Source: an uncultured Candidatus Saccharibacteria bacterium
GTDB lineage: Bacteria > Patescibacteriota > Minisyncoccia > Phycocordibacterales > Zambryskibacteraceae
DNA length: 64,000 bases
Assembly: GCA_964349945.1 (NCBI GenBank)
Contig: CAYGIH010000002.1
Location: 125,492 to 189,491, forward strand
Direction: 5' to 3'
The position numbers and the translations under genes were made by a program. Shown piece after piece: positions 57,898 to 64,000 of the stretch; the stretch's first letter is position 1; each line of letters starts with the position of its first letter. The notes below the pieces were generated by a model that searched no databases, was not told the origin of the DNA, and saw only the letters and a list, made by a program, of their open reading frames with translations.

Positions 57898-59628
57898 ATG
57901 AGCATACTAGATGTTCTGAAAGAGAAAAAGATAATAAAGGAAGGAGATGTCACATCGATTGAGTCTGAGTCGGTTTCTTCGGGTCTTTCTGTTGAGCAGG
58001 TTCTGCTATCAAGAGGAGTAACCCCAGAACAAATCCTTGAGAGTAAGGGAGAGGCGCTCGACATCCCGACTAGGAGTTTAAAGGGCGTAGATATACCAGG
58101 CAAGATTTTGAACTACATCCCTGAAGAATCAGCCAGGCATTATCGTTTGATTGCTATAGGAGTCACGGATGGAGTTTTGGAGGTTGGAATTGTTGATCCT
58201 GATGATATGGAAGGGAGAGATGCATTAAATTTTATTTCTTCTAGAATAGGCATGCCTTATAAATTGTTTTTAATTAGTGAGGAAGATTTAGAACACGAAC
58301 TCGAGCTTTATAAAGGTATTTCTGGAGAAGTGACGAAGGCCCTTTCAGAACTTGAATCAGAATTATCAGAAAAAATTGCAGAACAAAAAATAAGCGAAGA
58401 AGGAGTCGGAGAGAATCAGGGGGGTAAATTAGAACCAAAAATCGTTGAAGATGCACCGGTGACAAAGATTGTGGCCACAATTTTGTCATACGCATCAGAC
58501 GGCAATGCCTCAGATATTCACATCGAACCAATGTTCGAAAACATTAGGGTCCGTTTTCGTGTAGATGGAGTGCTTAATACATCACTAACTTTACCATCCA
58601 AAGTTCACTCGGCTCTTGTTGCTCGAATAAAAATTCTCACAAACAGCATGCGCTTAGATGAGAAGCGTAAACCCCAAGACGGCAGATTTTCTGCCAAGAT
58701 CGAAGGGAAGAAAATTGATTTTCGTGTCTCAACATTCCCCACATACTATGGAGAAAAAGTGGTGATGAGAATTCTGGATCAACAAAGAGGGGTGAACAAA
58801 CTTGATGATATGGGTCTATCTCCAAAAAATCTCGCTTTAATAAAAGATGCTATTAAGCGCCCATACGGACTCATTTTGATTTCTGGTCCGACTGGTTCAG
58901 GAAAATCTACCACCCTATATTCAATGTTAAACGAAGTAGACAAGGATCATATGAACGTTTTGTCTCTTGAAGACCCTATTGAATACAATATGGAAGGAGT
59001 ATCTCAGTCCCAAGTTCATCCAGAGATTGATTATACTTTTGCCACAGGACTCAGAACTACCCTTCGTCAGGATCCAGACATAATTATGGTGGGGGAGATT
59101 AGAGATAAAGAAACTGCCCAACTGGCAATTCAGGCTGCACTTACTGGACACCTAGTGCTTTCAACCATCCATACCAACAACGCCCTTGGAGTTATTCCTC
59201 GTCTCATAGACATGGGCGTTGATCCTTATCTCATTGCCCCTACACTTATTTTGGCTATGGCTCAACGATTAGTCAGAACACTTTGTCCTGGTGGAGGTAA
59301 ACCAATCCCAGTAGAGGACAGCATTAAAATGCTAATCGAAAGAGAGTTTGCTGATTTGCCAGCAGAGTTTCGTAAGGAAATTCCATTTGGAAACGAGATT
59401 TATGAGCCGTTAGTTACTCCAACCTGTCTAAATGGAACTTCTGGTAGAACAGCGGTAATGGAAGTTTTGGATATGAATAAAGATGTTGAGGCGGTTATAT
59501 TAAAGAATCCTACTGAACAAGAATTAAGAAAAGTTGCCAGAAAGAACGGCATGCTATTCATGAAAGAAGACGCCATTCTCAAGGCCTATAATAGGGTCAT
59601 TCCATTTGAGGAGGTAAATACGCTATAA
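57898..59628 (+). CDS. pilB: Type IV pilus extension ATPase PilB (full length)
   Basis: N-terminal GSPII_E_N domain plus ATPase core (GPTGSGKSTT). Paralog of the gene at 1-1494. Confidence 0.9.
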   Translation: MSILDVLKEKKIIKEGDVTSIESESVSSGLSVEQVLLSRGVTPEQILESKGEALDIPTRSLKGVDIPGKILNYIPEESARHYRLIAIGVTDGVLEVGIVDPDDMEGRDALNFISSRIGMPYKLFLISEEDLEHELELYKGISGEVTKALSELESELSEKIAEQKISEEGVGENQGGKLEPKIVEDAPVTKIVATILSYASDGNASDIHIEPMFENIRVRFRVDGVLNTSLTLPSKVHSALVARIKILTNSMRLDEKRKPQDGRFSAKIEGKKIDFRVSTFPTYYGEKVVMRILDQQRGVNKLDDMGLSPKNLALIKDAIKRPYGLILISGPTGSGKSTTLYSMLNEVDKDHMNVLSLEDPIEYNMEGVSQSQVHPEIDYTFATGLRTTLRQDPDIIMVGEIRDKETAQLAIQAALTGHLVLSTIHTNNALGVIPRLIDMGVDPYLIAPTLILAMAQRLVRTLCPGGGKPIPVEDSIKMLIEREFADLPAEFRKEIPFGNEIYEPLVTPTCLNGTSGRTAVMEVLDMNKDVEAVILKNPTEQELRKVARKNGMLFMKEDAILKAYNRVIPFEEVNTL

Positions 59629-59635
59629 TTCTAAT

Positions 59636-60025
59636 ATGAACAAAAAATATTCAATACTCATAGTTGATGATGATAAATTTCTTCTAGATATGTATAGAAA
59701 GAAGTTTGAACACTATGGGATTCTCCCAGAGCTTTCAGTTGGGTCAAATGATGCTCTTAGTAAGCTCAGAGGTGGTTTAAAAGTCGATGTTTTGGTTTTA
59801 GATATTATTATGCCTAGTATGGACGGCTTGGAGCTCCTTGAGACTATAAGGAAAGAAAAGTTATGCTCAACCGCTGTTGTTATTATGCTTACCAATGAAG
59901 GTGATGGGGTGAAAATAGACAAAGCAAAATCTCTCGGTGCAGTGGGTTATATAGTGAAGGCTACCAGTATTCCTTCAGAGGTAACAGAAGAAATTATTCG
60001 CATAGCTGATGCTCATATAAAATAA
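59636..60025 (+). CDS. Stand-alone response-regulator receiver (CheY/PilH-like)
   Basis: ILIVDDD...LVLDIIMPSMDG...K receiver motifs. Confidence 0.8.
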   Translation: MNKKYSILIVDDDKFLLDMYRKKFEHYGILPELSVGSNDALSKLRGGLKVDVLVLDIIMPSMDGLELLETIRKEKLCSTAVVIMLTNEGDGVKIDKAKSLGAVGYIVKATSIPSEVTEEIIRIADAHIK

Positions 60026-60031
60026 ACCAGG

Positions 60032-61096
60032 ATGGCTTTTACAGAAAAATTTTTTGATGAACTTGTAGATATTGTGATCAAGGAAGGGGCTTCTGATTTG
60101 CATTTGACCGAAGGTAGAAGACCAACTATTCGAGTAGCCGGCTTTCTTATTCCTCTTATGAAGATGGAGGTTTTGTCCAAAGAAAATATTGATGGTTTGG
60201 TGGATTTATTCCTAACAACAGAAAATCGAAAGATTTTTGATGTGGAAAAGGAGGCAAATTTCGCTTATACACACAAATCTATAGGGAGGTTTAGGGGTAA
60301 TGTATATATGGAGCTAGGGAAAACTTCTATAGCTTTGCGCCTCGTTGTCTCCAAGATAAAGACACTTGCTGAATTAAATTTACCTTCAGTATTAGAAACT
60401 TTCACTAAATTAAAACAAGGGTTCTTCTTAGTAGTAGGTCCGGCAGGTCAAGGTAAGTCCACAACACTAGCCAGTATGATGGAGATAATCAACGAAGAAA
60501 GGCTTGATCATATTATCACCATAGAAGATCCAATAGAGTATATCTTCGAAGAAAAAAAAGCTCTTATTAATCAACGAGAGGTGAGAGCGGACACTCCTGA
60601 TTTCCACACAGCGCTCCGTGGTGTCTTTAGGCAAGATGCTGATGTGATAATGGTTGGAGAAATGAGAGATCCAGAAACTATGTCTACAGCAGTGACCGCC
60701 GCAGAGACTGGACATTTGGTTTTCTCCACCCTACACACAAACACTGCTGCTCAAACCATTGATCGTATTATTGATTCTTTCCCAGCTGATCAACAGGCTC
60801 AAATTCGAATACAACTTTCAAACAGCCTAGTGGGGATTTTCTCCCAAAGATTAGTACCAAGGATTTCTGGTGGATTGATACCTGCGTATGAACTCCTCAT
60901 AAATAACAACGCTGTTTCGAATTTGATTAGAGAAAACAGGACACATGAGATAACTTCTGTTATAGAGACTGGTTCAGAGGATGGTATGATTGATATGAAT
61001 AGATGTTTGGCTGGTTTAGTAAAAAATGGTGAAGTTACCATAGAAAATGCTATGAGTTTCTCAACCAATCCAAAAACACTAGAAAGATTGATTTAA
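60032..61096 (+). CDS. pilT: Twitching-motility retraction ATPase PilT
   Basis: GPAGQGKSTT Walker A and conserved PilT motifs. 354 aa. Confidence 0.9.
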   Translation: MAFTEKFFDELVDIVIKEGASDLHLTEGRRPTIRVAGFLIPLMKMEVLSKENIDGLVDLFLTTENRKIFDVEKEANFAYTHKSIGRFRGNVYMELGKTSIALRLVVSKIKTLAELNLPSVLETFTKLKQGFFLVVGPAGQGKSTTLASMMEIINEERLDHIITIEDPIEYIFEEKKALINQREVRADTPDFHTALRGVFRQDADVIMVGEMRDPETMSTAVTAAETGHLVFSTLHTNTAAQTIDRIIDSFPADQQAQIRIQLSNSLVGIFSQRLVPRISGGLIPAYELLINNNAVSNLIRENRTHEITSVIETGSEDGMIDMNRCLAGLVKNGEVTIENAMSFSTNPKTLERLI

Positions 61097-61100
61097 AATT

Positions 61101-62309
61101 ATGCTCTATAACTACAAAGCATTAGAGAGTTCAGGTGAATCAAAAAAGGGTTCTATTGAAGCGGTCTCCATTGATGTGGCTATAGAAAGTCTTCAAAAAA
61201 GAGGTTTAATTATTGCTAATATAGAGCCAGCAGAAAAACCATCTTTCTTCTCAAAATTTTATTCTAGTTCAGGTATTTCAAGTAGAGAAATAGTTATTCT
61301 CTCTCGTCAGATGGCCACGCTTTTCGAAGCTCAAGTTTCTGCTTTGAAAATTTTCGCCCTTCTTTCAGCAGAAGTAGAAAATCAGAATTTACACAAGATT
61401 CTTTCTGAAATTGCAGAAGATTTACAAGGAGGAAGTTCTATTTCCAAGGCTTTAGCCAAACATCCTGATGTTTTCTCTGACTTTTATGTGAATATGGTAA
61501 AGTCTGGTGAAGAAACGGGGAAACTCAATGAGACATTTAATTACCTCGCAGATTATTTGGACAGAAACTATGAGATTGTTACCAAAGCTAAAAACGCTTT
61601 AGTTTATCCTATTTTCGTCATTGGTGTTTTTATAAGTGTGATGGTTCTCATGTTTACTTTTATTATCCCTAAAATTAGCGTTATCTTGCTTGATTCTGGG
61701 CAGGCAGTACCGTTTTATACCAAGATAGTTTTCGCTATTTCTAACTTGTTTGTGAACTATGGGGCCTTACTCCTTGCTGCTATTGTAATTCTTATCTTTT
61801 TTATTGTGAGGTTTATAAGGACTGATGAAGGTCGTAGTGATTTTGCCAAATTTAAACTAGGAGTTCCATATGTTGGTGATTTGTATAAGAAACTTTATCT
61901 TTCTATCATTGCAGACAACCTTAACACTATGATTCATGCGGGTATTCCTATGGTCAGAGCACTTGAGGTAACCTCAAAGGTGGTGGGGAACGACGTTTAT
62001 AAACAAATTCTTGAGGAAAGCTTGGCAGCAGTAAAAAGTGGAAGCTCTCTTTCCCAATCCTTGTCTCAATACGAAGAAATCCCAGGGATGCTTGTACAAA
62101 TGATACGTATTGGAGAAGAAACAGGGGGACTCGCGAGTGTATTAAAGACGATGGCGCATTTTTACCAAAGAGAAGTGATAAATACAGTAGACACATTAGT
62201 TAGCCTTATTGAGCCCGTGATGATTGTGGCACTTGGTTTGGGTGTAGGAACTCTTCTCGCCTCAGTGCTTATCCCTATATACAACATTGCTAACTCTGCT
62301 GGAGCATAG
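61101..62309 (+). CDS. pilC: Type IV pilus platform protein PilC (second copy)
   Basis: GspF repeats in a 402 aa protein. Confidence 0.85.
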   Translation: MLYNYKALESSGESKKGSIEAVSIDVAIESLQKRGLIIANIEPAEKPSFFSKFYSSSGISSREIVILSRQMATLFEAQVSALKIFALLSAEVENQNLHKILSEIAEDLQGGSSISKALAKHPDVFSDFYVNMVKSGEETGKLNETFNYLADYLDRNYEIVTKAKNALVYPIFVIGVFISVMVLMFTFIIPKISVILLDSGQAVPFYTKIVFAISNLFVNYGALLLAAIVILIFFIVRFIRTDEGRSDFAKFKLGVPYVGDLYKKLYLSIIADNLNTMIHAGIPMVRALEVTSKVVGNDVYKQILEESLAAVKSGSSLSQSLSQYEEIPGMLVQMIRIGEETGGLASVLKTMAHFYQREVINTVDTLVSLIEPVMIVALGLGVGTLLASVLIPIYNIANSAGA

Positions 62310-62383
62310 GGAGTTATCCACAAGAAGTAATAAAAACCATTAATAGGGTATATAATAGATAGGTAATTAAAATTAATAATAAA

Positions 62384-62845
62384 ATGTCAATAAGATTAAA
62401 TAATAAAAAGGGTTTTACCCTCATTGAACTATTGGTGGTTATCGCCATCATCGGTATTCTATCGTCAGTTGTGCTCGCATCTCTTAACACTGCAAGAGGC
62501 AAGGGAAATGATGCCAAGGTTAAAGCTCAGCTTGCTGGATTAAGAGGAGCAGCAGAGGTTTACTATGATACTAATGGTAATTATGGTGCTGCGGCTGGTG
62601 CTGCATGCAACGCTGGGATGTTTGCTGATACAACATCAGGAATGGCAGCTTACACAAATACAACGGGAGCATTCCCAACAGGAGCTACACTTACTTGTGT
62701 TTCAGTTGGTACCCCATCAACATCATATGCAGTTTCAGCCCTTCTTCCAGGTGCTGGTGGAACAAAATCGTGGTGTGTTGATAGTACAGGCAAGTCAATT
62801 CCAACAGATACTGTTACGATTGGTGCGGGAGACGCTGCGTGTTAA
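62384..62845 (+). CDS. pilA: Type IV major pilin
   Basis: KGFTLIELLVVIAIIGIL prepilin leader, C-terminal Cys pair. Ala/Gly-rich, which explains the locally higher GC. Confidence 0.85.
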   Translation: MSIRLNNKKGFTLIELLVVIAIIGILSSVVLASLNTARGKGNDAKVKAQLAGLRGAAEVYYDTNGNYGAAAGAACNAGMFADTTSGMAAYTNTTGAFPTGATLTCVSVGTPSTSYAVSALLPGAGGTKSWCVDSTGKSIPTDTVTIGAGDAAC

Positions 62846-62875
62846 TCATTTAGTTCTGTCTGGTATACTTAAAGG

Positions 62876-63619
62876 ATGACAACAGTCATCCTTTTTGTTT
62901 TAGGTCTTATTATAGGCAGTTTTCTCAATGTTTTAGGATTAAGGTGGAACTCGGGTCGAGGGGTTGGGGGCAGATCGTTTTGTGTGGTGTGTGAGAAGAC
63001 TTTACCTTGGTATGAACTTGTCCCCGTAGTAAGTTTTCTAGGATTAGGAGGTAAATGCTCAAGGTGCAAAACGAAGATTTCATGGCAATACCCTCTGGTA
63101 GAGCTTTGGACGGGGTTAATTTTTGCTACCGTACCCATCTTAGCTATCCCTATCTTTTGTATTTATGTAGTGATAACCATATATGATCTTAGGCACAAGA
63201 TAATTCCAGACAATCTGGTTTATTCAGCTATCATTCTTTCTATTTTTTATAGATACATAACTGGTGGAGGAATGATTGATTGGTTAATGGGTCCTATTAT
63301 CTTTTCTTTCTTTGGACTTATATGGTTAGCCTCAAAGGGTCGGGCCATTGGATTTGGTGATGCGAAGCTCGGCCTCTCCATTGGACTGCTCCTTGGGGGT
63401 TCTTTGGGTGCTTCGGCTTTTGCTCTGGCGTTTTGGATAGGAGCTTCTGTTTCTCTTCTAATTTTACTCTTTGGGAAGCTCGGTTTTTCTTTGTTTAAGA
63501 GGGCAAAAGGGCTTACAATGAAGAGTGAGATACCCTTTGCACCATTCTTGATTTTGGGTGCATGGTTGGCGGTTGTGTATCAATTAGATATTCTTCATGT
63601 CGCATATTTCTTCAATTAA
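62876..63619 (+). CDS. pilD: Prepilin peptidase PilD (A24 family)
   Basis: CxxC...CxxC zinc-binding N-terminus. Catalytic Asp in FGDAKL. Confidence 0.85.
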   Translation: MTTVILFVLGLIIGSFLNVLGLRWNSGRGVGGRSFCVVCEKTLPWYELVPVVSFLGLGGKCSRCKTKISWQYPLVELWTGLIFATVPILAIPIFCIYVVITIYDLRHKIIPDNLVYSAIILSIFYRYITGGGMIDWLMGPIIFSFFGLIWLASKGRAIGFGDAKLGLSIGLLLGGSLGASAFALAFWIGASVSLLILLFGKLGFSLFKRAKGLTMKSEIPFAPFLILGAWLAVVYQLDILHVAYFFN

Positions 63620-64000
63620 ATTAACTAAAGGATTCACGCTTGTAGAATTGATAGTTTCAATTGCTATTATGGGAATAATTCTAACCACAGTGGTGTCTAG
63701 TCAGACCAACTATACTTCTGGGTCAGCTCTTAGGCAGATTGCTGATGATATCAGTCTCTCCCTACGACAAGCCCAAGTATATGGGATAAGTGTCAGTCAA
63801 CTTTCCCCAGGAAATTTTGATATTGGTTATGGGATAGAGTTTCGTATGGAAAGTGCGGGTGGGAGTGATGGTGCTTATATATTGTTTGCTGACAAGAGTC
63901 CGTATAATTATGTTTTTGACGGTTCTTGGGCTAATTGTGATAACGAGTGTTTACAGAAAACTACTTTAACCAGAGGCAACAAAATAAAAAAATTATGTGC
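63597..64000 (+). CDS. Prepilin-type pilin-like protein, 3'-truncated at window end
   Basis: ATG at 63597. TKGFTLVELIVSIAIMGIIL prepilin motif. The frame is open to nt 64000. Confidence 0.6.
   Translation, partial: MSHISSIKLTKGFTLVELIVSIAIMGIILTTVVSSQTNYTSGSALRQIADDISLSLRQAQVYGISVSQLSPGNFDIGYGIEFRMESAGGSDGAYILFADKSPYNYVFDGSWANCDNECLQKTTLTRGNKIKKLC

Noticed and set aside
62384-62845. Locally elevated GC of pilA as a possible foreign cassette
   Set aside because: The GC rise is explained by Ala/Gly-rich pilin composition. The gene has no SD/consensus promoter architecture like the cassettes. It sits in a canonical position in the pilus operon.
62565-62879. 104-aa ORF overlapping pilA in another frame
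   Set aside because: It is nested in the well-supported major pilin gene.
1-64000. CRISPR arrays, cas genes, transposases, integrases, restriction-modification genes
   Set aside because: None of these could be identified: there are no regularly spaced direct repeats, no DDE/tyrosine-recombinase motifs and no methyltransferase motifs. The att-like tRNA repeats are therefore reported only as scars.

Overview
Low-GC (about 38-42%) bacterial chromosome segment that looks like a Candidate Phyla Radiation / Patescibacteria genome. The evidence: no L30 gene between rpsE and rplO, native genes almost never carry a Shine-Dalgarno, and the content is dominated by type IV pilus (T4P) and DNA-uptake genes. 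Two T4P loci (1-4964 and 55150-64000) flank the window. Between them are glycolysis (tpiA, pgk), DNA-uptake/processing genes (recJ, rnhA, a split comEC, comF), the str operon (rpsL-rpsG-fusA ... tuf), and the S10/spc ribosomal-protein cluster through secY-adk-map. Also present: ndk, an RNase J-like beta-CASP nuclease, infC-rpmI-rplT, tmRNA+smpB, ftsH, recG, tRNA-Ile(UAU), tRNA-Ser(GCU) and an ECF sigma/anti-sigma module. The striking feature is a set of about 13 small genes with clearly elevated GC (about 50-66%) in otherwise conserved intergenic gaps, including inside the str and S10/spc operons. Each has its own near-consensus sigma70 promoter (TTGAC[A/T]-N17-TA[AT][AT]AT), a GGAGG/GAGGT Shine-Dalgarno, often a GTG/TTG start, and a private intrinsic terminator. 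Native genes are SD-less. I recognise only one of these products: a CPBP/Abi intramembrane protease next to a DUF378 protein, beside a tRNA with duplicated 3'-end fragments. The others include two paralogous 2-TM mini-proteins with homologous leaders; I cannot place them in any family. The block between rplB and rpsS also carries rplJ-rplL, which is a very unusual gene order. From sequence alone I cannot tell whether this is multi-site horizontal acquisition, an integrated element with remnants, or an engineered construct. No CRISPR array, transposase or integrase was seen.
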